32,000 nt of DNA, from positions 1,650,001-1,682,000 of the forward strand of contig NZ_CP013011.1 in assembly GCF_001412615.1 (NCBI RefSeq), in the 5' to 3' direction. The notes under the pieces were generated by a model that was given only the letters and a program-made list of their open reading frames with translations, ran no database searches and was not told the DNA's origin. This document shows, in pieces, positions 1-9,006 of this stretch. Each line of letters opens with the position of its first letter. The first letter of the stretch is position 1. Source of the DNA: Pyrodictium delaneyi (GTDB taxonomy: Archaea > Thermoproteota > Thermoprotei_A > Sulfolobales > Pyrodictiaceae). Position numbers and translations under genes: made by a program.

Positions 1-390
1 GTGCCACGTGTCATAGTAAAAGTCAGAGATAGTCGGATCGCACAATTATTATCCAGAATAGGTATTGCTGAGCATGTTGTAGTAGAGCCTAGAGTAATAG
101 GCTCAATAGTGGAGGGTATAATAGAGGGTAAATACAATGTAGTTGAGCTAGTACCTGTTTACATAGGCGGGTTTAGGCTTGTTACGATAACCATAGCTGA
201 AGGAAGTAGTGTAGAAGGACAACTTCTCGATGAAGTAAAGTATCCGCGTCATGGTGTTAAAATACTTGCAGTATTCGATGGAGAAGAATTCCACGATCCT
301 GGTGAGGTTCTACGACTAGAAGCTGGGTATCAGATTATAGCATTGGTACGCGATGATGTAGTAGAGGAGTTTCTTGAAGCATTTAGATGA
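1..390 (+). CDS. TrkA-C / RCK_C-type regulatory domain protein, C-terminal part (5' end cut by window edge)
   Basis: The frame is open from base 1 to TGA at 388-390. The translation (GSIVEG..VVELVPVYIGGFRLVTITIAEGSSVEGQLL..GVKILAVF..GYQIIALV) looks like a TrkA-C ligand-binding domain, and an ion-channel gene lies directly downstream. Recognition is by eye only. Confidence 0.55.
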   Translation: MPRVIVKVRDSRIAQLLSRIGIAEHVVVEPRVIGSIVEGIIEGKYNVVELVPVYIGGFRLVTITIAEGSSVEGQLLDEVKYPRHGVKILAVFDGEEFHDPGEVLRLEAGYQIIALVRDDVVEEFLEAFR

Positions 391-1291
391 GCAGTCTACA
401 GAGGATAGCCTACCAGACCGGGGGTGTCATCAAGACGTGGTTGCAAATGAAACAACACAGACTCTAACAGTTGATAATGTGACCAGCCTCATAGGCCAAG
501 CTGCAGGATTTATAAAGACACAGCTATTGACACCGCTTATACAATTATCAATAGTATTTGTAGTTGTGTATTTGTTTCTGCGCATAGTGAGATCTATACT
601 GCTCCGTCTACAGAAACGTGATCTCGTATCCAGTACACTTGCCGAACAAATTTACCGGCTAGTTTCGCTCGTAACATATACAGTAACGATAATAACACTA
701 ATCTACATGTTCACGAGTGCAAGAGAGGTCATCTATGTATTAATAGTAGCACTGGCTGCAATATTGCTAGCGAATTGGAGCATAATAGCAGATATATCTG
801 CATACTACATAATGTTGGCGTTTAGACAAACTCATAGAGCTGCAACACTCATAGAGCTACCACGCCTCGGTATAAAAGGCAAAATCATCGGAACAGGACT
901 ATTCCATACACGGATACGTACGCTTTCAGGTAAAATAGTCTACATACCAAATCACGTAATGCTAAGCGAGCCTGTCGCGCAACTGGCAAACGTTCAAAGC
1001 ACTGTAGCGCTAGAAGTAGAGCTAAACATACCTAAGGTTGAGAAAGGTAACCCTATAGAGCAACTTGAGCGTAATATCAAGAGTATCCTAGGCGAGGCAA
1101 GACTCGCTACGAGACCACAAGACATCACAATACTAGTACTTAGCGCTGACAACAATCGTGTAAAGCTTGAAATTCATGTACCAGTAATGGGTGCGGAACC
1201 TCGACCAGCAACTATAAACAACATAATATCAACACTCATGGATGAACTTGAAGAACTCTCGCCATCAATAAGGTTGAAGCAACTTGTCTAG
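374..1291 (+). CDS. small-conductance mechanosensitive ion channel (MscS family)
   Basis: Three hydrophobic helices (LIQLSIVFVVVYLFL, LVSLVTYTVTIITLIYMF, VIYVLIVALAAILLANW) are followed by a beta-domain motif GKIVYIPNHVMLSEPV typical of MscS. The maximal ORF starts at TTG 374 and overlaps the upstream stop. An in-frame GTG at 437 is an alternative start. Confidence 0.75.
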   Translation: MKHLDEQSTEDSLPDRGCHQDVVANETTQTLTVDNVTSLIGQAAGFIKTQLLTPLIQLSIVFVVVYLFLRIVRSILLRLQKRDLVSSTLAEQIYRLVSLVTYTVTIITLIYMFTSAREVIYVLIVALAAILLANWSIIADISAYYIMLAFRQTHRAATLIELPRLGIKGKIIGTGLFHTRIRTLSGKIVYIPNHVMLSEPVAQLANVQSTVALEVELNIPKVEKGNPIEQLERNIKSILGEARLATRPQDITILVLSADNNRVKLEIHVPVMGAEPRPATINNIISTLMDELEELSPSIRLKQLV

Positions 1292-1357
1292 AGTTAGCGC
1301 AAGCCTATTAGCGGATAGCCATTATGCTAGCACTAATGCGGTAGAGCTAAGCTAACG

Positions 1358-1684
1358 GTGGTGTCGATGCCGAGAAGGAAGAGAGACCCTTATGTCTGTC
1401 CCCAATGCGGTACTAGAACAGAACCTTCCAAAACATGGCAGCTAGTATCGCCCTTTCCCGACGCCAAGGGGCGTATAACAATAACAGTGATGGGTAGCTT
1501 CGTCTGTCCAGAATGTGGTCACCGATGGAGATCGGTAGTGTCTAAAATAAAGGTCGGTGGTAATGAAGTTGAAGTAGAGTCTGGCAAGGGAGCTAAGGCG
1601 GCAATAAAGAGTGACAAGGAAAAGGAGGAACGCCGTGGAGAAATAATAGAAATAGATATAGACGATATAGATGAAGAAGATTAG
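1358..1684 (+). CDS. small zinc-ribbon protein with a basic N-tail and acidic C-tail (uncharacterised)
   Basis: Two CxxC pairs are present (CPQCG ... CPECG). The N-terminus is PRRKRD and the C-terminus is EIIEIDIDDIDEED. The maximal ORF starts at GTG 1358; the first ATG at 1367 (MPRRKR...) is the more likely start. Confidence 0.6.
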   Translation: MVSMPRRKRDPYVCPQCGTRTEPSKTWQLVSPFPDAKGRITITVMGSFVCPECGHRWRSVVSKIKVGGNEVEVESGKGAKAAIKSDKEKEERRGEIIEIDIDDIDEED

Positions 1685-1720
1685 ATTACATAAATGAGAC
1701 ATAAATTGTTTGATAGTATC

Positions 1721-1730
1721 GATTAATACA
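1721..1730 (+). promoter_or_regulatory. TATA-like box (GATTAATACA) for the signal peptidase gene
   Basis: The A/T box is centred about 26 nt upstream of ATG 1752. That geometry fits a leaderless or near-leaderless archaeal mRNA. Confidence 0.4.
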
Positions 1731-1751
1731 ACTAATTTCCGGGGTCTTTTA

Positions 1752-2240
1752 ATGCAGGAGAGCGTAAGAGTGCTCTTGAAGACACTAGCAATACTATTGC
1801 TGCTTGCTTCAGTGCTGCTAATCATAAAAAGTTATATAAAGAACGAATTAAATGTTGATACGCCCTTTGTTGTGGTCGAAGGATATAGCATGCTACCTAC
1901 ACTCTACAATGGTGACATTGTAATAGTCTACAAACCTCCTCCCGATGACATAAAGGTTGGTGATATACTAGTCTACCAGAGCCTAAGGGGAGAGCTAGTT
2001 ATTCACCGTGTTGTCGGCATAAAGACGGGGCCCCAGTGTAACCCTGTATGCTATGTGACTAAAGGAGATAACAATCCTGTTGACGATGTTGCTCTAGGTT
2101 TACAACCGTATCCGGGTATAAGCTATGATGAGGTGGTTGGGGTAGTGTATCAAGTTAACATAGGTATAGATGGTAGAAGTGTTAAAGTGCCACTCCGTAT
2201 ACCATACCTTGGACTTCTTACCTTCATTACACAGAGGTAA
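1752..2240 (+). CDS. archaeal signal peptidase I (S26B type)
   Basis: An N-terminal TM anchor (LLKTLAILLLLASVLLII) is followed by the catalytic Ser box VVVEGYSMLPTL and the GDNN motif (TKGDNNPVDD). The maximal ORF begins at 1710, but TATA spacing favours ATG 1752 (MQESVRV). Confidence 0.85.
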   Translation: MQESVRVLLKTLAILLLLASVLLIIKSYIKNELNVDTPFVVVEGYSMLPTLYNGDIVIVYKPPPDDIKVGDILVYQSLRGELVIHRVVGIKTGPQCNPVCYVTKGDNNPVDDVALGLQPYPGISYDEVVGVVYQVNIGIDGRSVKVPLRIPYLGLLTFITQR

Positions 2241-4308
2241 AAGGACACTTACCTTTCTTGGCAAAATACTCGGAGACCTCGCGTATCCATCGCCCGGTAG
2301 ATTTAAGCCGTGAGACTTTACGCAGGAATTCAATACAGTCTATGTCGTCGCGTTTGCGCCATTCGTTAAAGGCTGCTTGTAACTTCTCTAATGCCTCTAA
2401 GTGGAAACGGCATAAGTTGTTTTCAAGTGGTTCACGCCAGCATACAATACAATGCTTATCCGGCGTCACGATGTTAAGAGCTTTGGCTAATTCTATGCCA
2501 ACATCCCTCATTGCTGTCGACTTGAAGTTGGTAAGTATAGTTCTTAGTAAAGTCTTGGCCTCCTTTATGACTTCCAAGCGGGTGGACTTTTTGTTTCTAA
2601 TGGATTCGAGCTTTTCCTCGAAATAGCGCGTCAACTCTATGCTCGTAAGCTGAGGGAAATACTTTGCTAATATCTCCGCTACGGCATGACCTAGCTCCGT
2701 TACCTCTACTTTCCTGCCTTTTAGGCTCAAATATTTGCGCTCGAATAGAATTTCGACTATCCTAGCTCTGGTAGCCTCAGTGCCTATGCCAACACGCTCC
2801 ATCCATCTCACAAGAGAAGCCTTAGTATAGGGTTCTGGAGGATTGTTATAGACCACTCTTACAGATACACGCTTGATCTCTATTTTCTCGCCGACACGAA
2901 GCCGTGGTATACGACTCTCCTGGGGCATGGCAAAATGGTATATATTAAGCCAGCCAGGTTCTTGTATGTATAGTCCTGCAAGTTCGAGAGAGCCTATGTT
3001 GGATGCTGTAAGTCTGGCACGTGCATGAGCTATTATGGCTGCGGGTGCCATAGAGGCTAGAAACCGCCGGACGATGAGATCAAATATCTTCTTCCGTGCA
3101 CCAGTAAGAGGCTCTGTTGGAACCTCGCCGGTGGGATGTATGGCAGGGTGCGCTGGATCATCTTTAGGACCGTTGCGTGGACGCGGCAATCCACTTGCAG
3201 CCCTTAGTACGTAGCTTGTCAGTTGTCTGTATTCGGCCATCCTCTGTAGCCCCTTAACTATGGATACAACGTCTACAGTGTCGGGGATCTTTTGGCTATT
3301 AGTCCGTGGATAACTAATCAGCCCGTCTAGATATAATTGCTCGGCGATTTTCTGTGTAAACATTGGGCTGTAGCCAAAGTACTTGGCGGCCTCGGCTTGA
3401 AGGTCGCCGAGGTTGAAAGGATATGGCGGAGGTACTTTCTCCTTCCATTCACGGTATGATGTAACCTTAAGAAAACGTAGCTTCTTCAATCTCTCTGCAG
3501 CGAGTTTTGCTTCTCGACGTGTATCGTAGACGGCTATACGTCCAGTATAGGTAAATCCACCAATACTTATAGAAACGTTGACAGCAAAACTCGGTATAGG
3601 AACAAATAGGTTGACTTCTCGGTCACGTGCAACAGCCTCTATGAGTGTGGGAGATTGGACTCTACCAGCACTCAATACTATACGCCTACCTGTAACAGAG
3701 TATAATGACTCCATGAGTGCTCTGCTAACGTTAATGCCCCATATCCAGTCAAGCTCGTGTCTGGCAAGTCCGGCTTCTATCATGTCCCAATCTAGGGGAC
3801 TTAGACGTCTAAAGGCGTGCTGTATGTCCTGCCGTGTTAGCGCACTAAATTTAGCCCTATAGGCTCTATTGACTCCGCCAAGATGCTTGATAATCATGTA
3901 ACCGATTACGCTGCCCTCTATATCATAGTCACATGCGTTAATGAAGGCGGAAGCCTTGCGGCCCAGAGCCTCTAGCGTCTCGAAGAAGGGTTTAGTATAC
4001 GAGGCGCTAGCATCTATATGCCATAGAGGAGCCCAATAATAGTTGAATACAGGAAAACCCCTCTCATCGGTAGTCAGCCCAAATAGGTGGCCGGCCGCGG
4101 AGGCCACAACGTATGTACGTCCTTGCCATGAGACAATCCAATATGGCACTTTCCCAAATCTGCAGAGTCTTGGCTTGCTATTTGAGAGAGCCTCTGCTAT
4201 CTTGCGGGCAGCCTTAGGCTTCTCGGCTACAACGAGCACGTACCCATATCCTATATTACAGCCTCTCTGTGTTCTAGCCCTCCAGACAGTACGTCTTTTC
4301 ACCGGCAT
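2227..4308 (-). CDS. topA: type IA DNA topoisomerase (Topo I/III family)
   Basis: 693 aa with a Toprim N-terminus (VLVVAEKPKAARKIAEAL ... DYDIEGSVIG). It carries the active-site region GLISYPRTNSQ and a C-terminal Cys-rich zinc motif (CIVCWREPLENNLCRFH). Its end overlaps the end of the convergent signal peptidase gene by 14 nt. Confidence 0.9.
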   Translation of the reverse strand: MPVKRRTVWRARTQRGCNIGYGYVLVVAEKPKAARKIAEALSNSKPRLCRFGKVPYWIVSWQGRTYVVASAAGHLFGLTTDERGFPVFNYYWAPLWHIDASASYTKPFFETLEALGRKASAFINACDYDIEGSVIGYMIIKHLGGVNRAYRAKFSALTRQDIQHAFRRLSPLDWDMIEAGLARHELDWIWGINVSRALMESLYSVTGRRIVLSAGRVQSPTLIEAVARDREVNLFVPIPSFAVNVSISIGGFTYTGRIAVYDTRREAKLAAERLKKLRFLKVTSYREWKEKVPPPYPFNLGDLQAEAAKYFGYSPMFTQKIAEQLYLDGLISYPRTNSQKIPDTVDVVSIVKGLQRMAEYRQLTSYVLRAASGLPRPRNGPKDDPAHPAIHPTGEVPTEPLTGARKKIFDLIVRRFLASMAPAAIIAHARARLTASNIGSLELAGLYIQEPGWLNIYHFAMPQESRIPRLRVGEKIEIKRVSVRVVYNNPPEPYTKASLVRWMERVGIGTEATRARIVEILFERKYLSLKGRKVEVTELGHAVAEILAKYFPQLTSIELTRYFEEKLESIRNKKSTRLEVIKEAKTLLRTILTNFKSTAMRDVGIELAKALNIVTPDKHCIVCWREPLENNLCRFHLEALEKLQAAFNEWRKRDDIDCIEFLRKVSRLKSTGRWIREVSEYFAKKGKCPFTSV

Positions 4309-4475
4309 ATTGTTGATGCTCCCTCGCTATTTCCAGACATCTATACCTTGTGCTTGACAACAATCAATGACAACTTTGGTAACAGCGGCAAAACATGTAA
4401 CGGTGGGCAGTTTCTTAGTAAAAGTAATGCGCGTCCTTAGTGGAGTAGTATAAAGGGAAATATGACTAAGACAAT

Positions 4476-4790
4476 CTAGTGTATACGGAGTCTAAGTTTA
4501 TCTAGCTCTACCAACCACTTTAGAGGAATGGCTTGCACATCGCCGCGCCTAGTATAACGTATGATAGTCATTGGCAGTATGCCTGCTTTCAGTTCCTCCT
4601 TGGCGAGGAGAACTGGATCCTCTTTAATGCTCTTTGGAAGATCTTCTGCATTGATTAATACAGGTGCACCCATGCTTATCTGGAGTGCCCTGACGCCAAT
4701 GATTCTTGCACGCTCGAACCGTGTAAGCCATGGTGGCCCAATCTTAATCTTCTTCTTGAGTTCGTTGGCGTCGAGCTGCTGGGCTTGCAT
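4476..4790 (-). CDS. rpoK: DNA-directed RNA polymerase subunit K (Rpo6)
   Basis: The diagnostic motif [23 protein letters not shown] is present. A TATA (TTTTATAC, complement of 4827-4834) lies about 41 nt upstream, and a G-rich SD precedes the ATG. Confidence 0.9.
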   Translation of the reverse strand: MQAQQLDANELKKKIKIGPPWLTRFERARIIGVRALQISMGAPVLINAEDLPKSIKEDPVLLAKEELKAGILPMTIIRYTRRGDVQAIPLKWLVELDKLRLRIH

Positions 4791-4885
4791 ACTCTCCCCC
4801 GCACTCTGAATGCCAGCTCAAGGGCAGTATAAAAGCAGAACCTTAACAACTAGTACTAAGTGGTACGAGTCGAGATTAATGCATG

Positions 4886-4912
4886 ACAAAAAGCTGTTCT
4901 AGTGAACTAGAA
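4886..4912 (-). terminator. putative thermosome terminator (hairpin plus T5)
   Basis: Just downstream of the thermosome stop on the minus strand there is a perfect 6-bp stem TTCTAG/CTAGAA (4897-4912, 4-nt loop). It is followed by TTTTT (complement of 4888-4892). Confidence 0.5.
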
Positions 4913-4934
4913 GGGAAGGGCTAGAAAATTCTCT

Positions 4935-6602
4935 TTACTCTTCCTTACCCTTCTTACCCTTCTTTTCCTCGGTCTTGGGGGCGGCGGCTATCACGTCGTC
5001 GATCTTTAGTATTGTTGTTGCAGCCTCTGTTGCGCTCTTGAGTACCTGCTCTTTGACTAGTATAGGCTCTATCACGTTGATCTTAGTCATATCCTCCTCT
5101 ATCTTGGCGTTTATGGCGTCGATGCCGGCAAAGGTCTTGCCCTCGGCGTGTAGCCTCCTTAGGTCCATTAGTGCCTGTAGTGCATCCATGCCAGCGCTCT
5201 CTGCTAGTATCATTGGTATCTCCTCGAGTGCGTCTGCGTATGCCTCTACTGCTAGCTGCTCCTTGCCGCCGAGGCTCTCAGCAAACTTCCTCAGCCTTAG
5301 AGCTAGCTCTACCTCTACAGCGCCGCCGCCGGGTACTATCATGGGCTTCCTTAGCACGTTGCGGAGCACGTGGAGGGCGTCGTTTAGGCTCCTCTCAGCC
5401 TCATCTAGCACCATGTCGTTGGCGCCGCGTATGAGTATTGTTACTGCCTTGGGGTTGGGGCAGCCCTCTATGAACACCATCTTATCGTTGCCGACCTTCC
5501 TCTCCTCTACTAGCTTAGCGAAGCCTAGATCCTCGGGCTTGAGGTCACGTAGACTGCTCACAATCTTGCCGCCAGTGGCGTACTCTAGCTTCTCTAGATC
5601 GCTCCTCTTTACTCTTCTTACTGCCATTATGCCCTTCTTGGCTAGGAAGTGCTGTGCTACCTCGTCGATGCCCTTCTGGGTTATTACCACGATGCCAGCC
5701 TTACCAGGCTCGAGACCATCCTTCTTCATACGCTCAACAGCAACACTATAGATCTTCTCAACCATCTCGCGTAGTAGGCGTGCCTCCTCATCTAGGAAGG
5801 CCTTTATCTGCTCTGGGGATGTTATGTTGATCTTTGCAGTTATCTCTGGCTTCTCGACCTCTAGTGGAGCGTCGAGGAGTACAATGTAAGCGTTCTCAAC
5901 CCTCCTAGGCATGCCAGGGTGTACAACCTCCTTGTCGAGCACGATGCCCTCTATGAGCTGGCTGTCGAGTAGGCTGCCGCCCTTCTTCTTCTCAATCTTT
6001 ATCCTGTCTAGGCGTACCTCGTAGGTGCCGTCGCCCTTAGGCTCTGCGACACGTAGTACAGCCTCTACGGCCATGTCTGTCAGCTTGTCCATTGTGGCGC
6101 CGCTGCCTACATACTTGCTGTATAGGCTTGTAGAGGCTATCCTCTTTAGGAGTTGGCGGTCGTTTATGTCGACCTTGATACCTATCTTAGATAGCTCCTT
6201 GAGGGCGAAGTCAAGGGCCTTCTTGTAGCCCTCGATTATCGTTGTTGGGTGTATGTTCTCGTCTAGGAGGTTCTCTGCCTTGTCTAGGAGCATACCGGAT
6301 AGAACTACGGCGCTTGTGGTGCCGTCGCCTACCTCAGCGTCCTGGGCCTTTGCAACTTCTACTAGTAGCTTTGCTGCTGGGTGTTGTATCTCCATCTCCT
6401 TTAGTATTGTGGCGCCGTCGTTGGTTATTGTTACGTCGCCGAAGCTGTCTACTAGCATCTTGTCTAGGCCGCGTGGACCTAGGCTGCTCTTGAGGACTTC
6501 GGCGAGAACCTTAGCAGCGAGTATGTTGTTGCGTAGGGCCTCTCTACCGTATACCCTCTGTGTACCCTCCTTTAGGACTAGTACTGGTACACCGAGCGCC
6601 AT
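4935..6602 (-). CDS. ths: thermosome subunit (group II chaperonin)
   Basis: 555 aa with hallmark motifs [31 protein letters not shown] and VPGGGAVE. An SD GAGGUG (complement of 6609-6614) lies 6 nt before the ATG. Confidence 0.95.
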   Translation of the reverse strand: MALGVPVLVLKEGTQRVYGREALRNNILAAKVLAEVLKSSLGPRGLDKMLVDSFGDVTITNDGATILKEMEIQHPAAKLLVEVAKAQDAEVGDGTTSAVVLSGMLLDKAENLLDENIHPTTIIEGYKKALDFALKELSKIGIKVDINDRQLLKRIASTSLYSKYVGSGATMDKLTDMAVEAVLRVAEPKGDGTYEVRLDRIKIEKKKGGSLLDSQLIEGIVLDKEVVHPGMPRRVENAYIVLLDAPLEVEKPEITAKINITSPEQIKAFLDEEARLLREMVEKIYSVAVERMKKDGLEPGKAGIVVITQKGIDEVAQHFLAKKGIMAVRRVKRSDLEKLEYATGGKIVSSLRDLKPEDLGFAKLVEERKVGNDKMVFIEGCPNPKAVTILIRGANDMVLDEAERSLNDALHVLRNVLRKPMIVPGGGAVEVELALRLRKFAESLGGKEQLAVEAYADALEEIPMILAESAGMDALQALMDLRRLHAEGKTFAGIDAINAKIEEDMTKINVIEPILVKEQVLKSATEAATTILKIDDVIAAAPKTEEKKGKKGKEE

Positions 6603-6665
6603 GGTTTACACCTCTAAGCGTCCCTTATGTCCTTGTGTCCGTGTGTGTTGCCTTCAGAGTGCTTC

Positions 6666-6673
6666 TATATAAA
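6666..6673 (-). promoter_or_regulatory. TATA box (TTTATATA on the minus strand) for the thermosome gene
   Basis: A strong consensus-like TATA lies about 68 nt upstream of the start. This implies a leader of about 40 nt carrying the SD. Confidence 0.5.
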
Positions 6674-6760
6674 CCTTACTGTACTTCGTTATGTGAAGTC
6701 AACCATTAAATATGGAATGTGAACTCAAGGATGTAAAGCGATGATAGTCCTAAGACTAAC

Positions 6761-7135
6761 TTAGAATCGTAGTGACAGTCCGAGCTTTGCAGGACTTATA
6801 TTACGGCTACGGAGCGCATACAGAATGCCCCGCCTAATAGCATACTTGTCGCTCTGGTAGTTATAGAAGAATCCTATTTGTTCCCAGACCTTCTCACCCT
6901 CAAAGTACAGTTGAAGTCTCGGAACAGAAGACACATAGCGGTTCACTACAGCAGGCGCTGTTGCGGCATCAACTCTCGCCACGGCTATTATAGGCTCCAC
7001 GACAAAGGCGATGTCCTCGATAATCCCAGCTAGGTACCTTCCAGTAGGGCTGCGGGAATCATAAAACAGCACTAATACTATCCGTGCTGACTCCAGTAGA
7101 CTCTTAAACTCATCTAGCGACTTTATCTCGTGCAT
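6761..7135 (-). CDS. thioredoxin-fold protein lacking the CXXC active site
   Basis: The layout is thioredoxin-like (VLVLFYD...ARVDAATAPAVVNRYVSSVPRLQLYFEGEKV), but the position of the redox CXXC reads SRSPTG. ATG 7135 is preceded by a purine-rich SD (GAGGAGAGGAAGG). The maximal ORF extends to 7156. Confidence 0.55.
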   Translation of the reverse strand: MHEIKSLDEFKSLLESARIVLVLFYDSRSPTGRYLAGIIEDIAFVVEPIIAVARVDAATAPAVVNRYVSSVPRLQLYFEGEKVWEQIGFFYNYQSDKYAIRRGILYALRSRNISPAKLGLSLRF

Positions 7136-7946
7136 AACCAGCCTTCCTCTCCTCAAGCATTCTCCGCAGCATCTCCCTTTCAGAACGCGTGAGATGCAAC
7201 ACTATATCAGTTGGCTCTCGTGGCGCTGAGGGAGGTTTAATGGTGCTGCCTACAACTACAAATCCTCTTTCTATAGCTTCCATCACTTCGCTTGACGAGT
7301 AGAATTCCACAAGTTCGGCCAGCCTAAACTCGAAGTCAATAGCCTCCTTAGCCTCCCTTTCAGACAGTGTATAGCCGCACACCATACATTCTAGCTCGGG
7401 AGTAACGGCCCTGAACCCACATCGGGGACAGGATACAGGTGTTGGTGTGCCATACTGTTCCCAGAGGCTCCTAAGGAGCGGGAGTAGATCTTTTCTGCCA
7501 AGCTTCAAGGCGTCACGGTAAAGACGTGTAACATGCCTAGCAGCCACAGGCCCCCCATAGTTTACCACAAATTCCAGCTGTTCTTGTGTAAGCTCGTTCA
7601 ACTTCTCCAAGAGATAGGCTGATGCAATCATGTAGACGTTGTTTATAGCTGATCTCAGCCTAGATATGATAGCATCTTTTGACGGTCTTGAGGAGTATTG
7701 TCCCACTATACCTTCTACTATAGGTTTAAGCATCTCCTTGTAAGACTCTTTATTGAGACCAAGTATTGCAAGCCCTAGCTTTTGTACGGCATCATCAACC
7801 ATGCTATCTAGAAGCTTCTCGGGGTCGATCTTTACGCGTTGAGTAGCTCTCCTAGAACTACGTGCTCGTGTTGCTCCGACTCCCTTTCTAGAAGTATTTG
7901 ACTTTGATCTGCTAACCCTTCTCCTACCACGAGGCACGATGCCCAC
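7110..7946 (-). CDS. uncharacterised protein with an Arg/Ser-rich N-tail and an internal zinc ribbon
   Basis: 278-aa ORF containing CPRCGFRAVTPELECMVCGY. GTG starts exist at 7946 and 7937. A proximal TATA (TCTATATC, complement of 7963-7970) favours 7937. The 3' end overlaps the next gene by 26 nt. Confidence 0.6.
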   Translation of the reverse strand: MGIVPRGRRRVSRSKSNTSRKGVGATRARSSRRATQRVKIDPEKLLDSMVDDAVQKLGLAILGLNKESYKEMLKPIVEGIVGQYSSRPSKDAIISRLRSAINNVYMIASAYLLEKLNELTQEQLEFVVNYGGPVAARHVTRLYRDALKLGRKDLLPLLRSLWEQYGTPTPVSCPRCGFRAVTPELECMVCGYTLSEREAKEAIDFEFRLAELVEFYSSSEVMEAIERGFVVVGSTIKPPSAPREPTDIVLHLTRSEREMLRRMLEERKAGYARDKVAR

Positions 7947-8281
7947 TCCCTAATGAGTTTCGGATATAGAATTGCCTGGGTAAGTAGACCGGCAAGTCTT
8001 CCCGGAGATGACACGAAACACAGAAGCCCCTATAACTCTCCCTCAGCAAGTAGGACAGGATACTATGGGGAGATGTTGTTACTTGCCCCCCGAGACCCGG
8101 TAAAGCACCGGGGATGAAGACATTACCGCGAACAGAACCCCGTCACGGCCCCTTATTTCGCATATATGGTTGATGACTAATCAAATCCATGATACATGAT
8201 GTGATGTATTTAGTTGGTATATGGATAGAGAATGTGAATAGAATGGAGTCGGAGCGAGTGAGACAGTCTTTTGGGTATTTG

Positions 8282-8599
8282 CTAGTAACGTTCGTCATAC
8301 CAATCTCTTCCCTGAGGCAGATAAATAGGGCCATTCCTTGCAGCATAACGGCTGACAAGATAGCTCAATAGTACTTCTAGCTGACGTTTACGCTTACGGG
8401 CATTGCGGAGGGCAGTTTCTAGCTCCTCGAGAGAAACTTCTTGACCCCTAAACCAAGCCTTCACAAGCCTCTTGTATATGTAACGTAACAAGCTATCATA
8501 CTCGTCTTCGAGATCTACGTTATAGCGGTATTTGTACACTATTTGTTCTATAAGCTCACCAAGATACTTGTCAATAAGCATTAGTGCGTCCTCATTCAT
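8282..8599 (-). CDS. uncharacterised small helical protein
   Basis: 105-aa ORF. GGAGG (complement of 8605-8609) sits 5 nt upstream of ATG 8599, and a TATA-like AGTTATAGG is centred about 45 nt upstream. Confidence 0.55.
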   Translation of the reverse strand: MNEDALMLIDKYLGELIEQIVYKYRYNVDLEDEYDSLLRYIYKRLVKAWFRGQEVSLEELETALRNARKRKRQLEVLLSYLVSRYAARNGPIYLPQGRDWYDERY

Positions 8600-9006
8600 G
8601 GCTTCCTCCAGGTTAACATCTACTAGCCTGCAGTTACACCCTATAACTCCTCCTCTTCACAAGACCTACAACGGTACGTGGGAGGTATCTAAACAATCCA
8701 AGTTGTAAGGACTTAATCAAAGACTTGTAGAGACGGGGGCTCAGCGGCTACCATCCTCAGCACCAGTAGCAAGGACATTAAACATGTAATGGTCTCAGCA
8801 GCGGTCAGAGCTCAACACCGCCCCCATTCTTAGTCTAGGACTAGTGCAGCCGTTAAACGCGTTATTAAATTATGGTTATGTAAACAGGGATGTCGTGGCT
8901 CAGAATGCTCGTGCAAAGACATCGGGCCATATTAGAGCCCTACTGCTACGGGTGCTCATCACAGCCCCTCTAGTGTGCTCTAAGACTGGTCACAGCCGAG
9001 CGCCTA

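Noticed and set aside
4893-4906. 14-mer TGTTCTAGTGAACT repeated at 4893-4906 and 16906-16919; 11-mer CCCTATAACTC repeated at 8028-8038 and 8637-8647
   Set aside because: Repeats of this length are expected several times by chance in 32 kb counted on both strands. The 11-mer copies are better explained as similar minus-strand TATA/BRE contexts (AGTTATAGGG) than as a repeat family.
4975-6672. Long plus-strand ORFs inside the thermosome gene (4975-5751, 5171-5434, 6025-6228, 6242-6493, 6253-6672)
   Set aside because: They are antisense to an unambiguous, motif-rich chaperonin gene. Their Ser/Ala/Leu/Arg-rich low-complexity translations are typical mirror-frame artefacts.
7832-8014. 60-aa minus-strand ORF overlapping the Arg-rich N-terminus of the 278-aa gene, as an alternative gene model (small ORF plus a 230-aa protein starting at ATG 7802)
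   Set aside because: The upstream TATA (core at 8031-8035) predicts a transcription start near 8006, downstream of the ORF's only start codon (GTG 8014). ATG 7802 has no SD. The proximal TATA at 7963-7970 fits GTG 7937 of the long frame. I kept the long model but did not fully exclude the alternative.
8171-8176. UGAUGA C-box-like hexamers at 8171-8176 and 13119-13124, as C/D box sRNA candidates
   Set aside because: The preceding base is U rather than the purine of the RUGAUGA consensus. No CUGA D box occurs at the expected 12-nt guide spacing, and there is no terminal stem.
8735-8825. Possible tRNA or split-tRNA (GGGGGC...GCCCCC ends, GCTCAG-like D-arm sequence)
   Set aside because: No cloverleaf can be drawn on either strand. 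The D-stem partners are missing, there is no GTTCRANYC-type T-loop, and the acceptor complementarity is only 6 bp.
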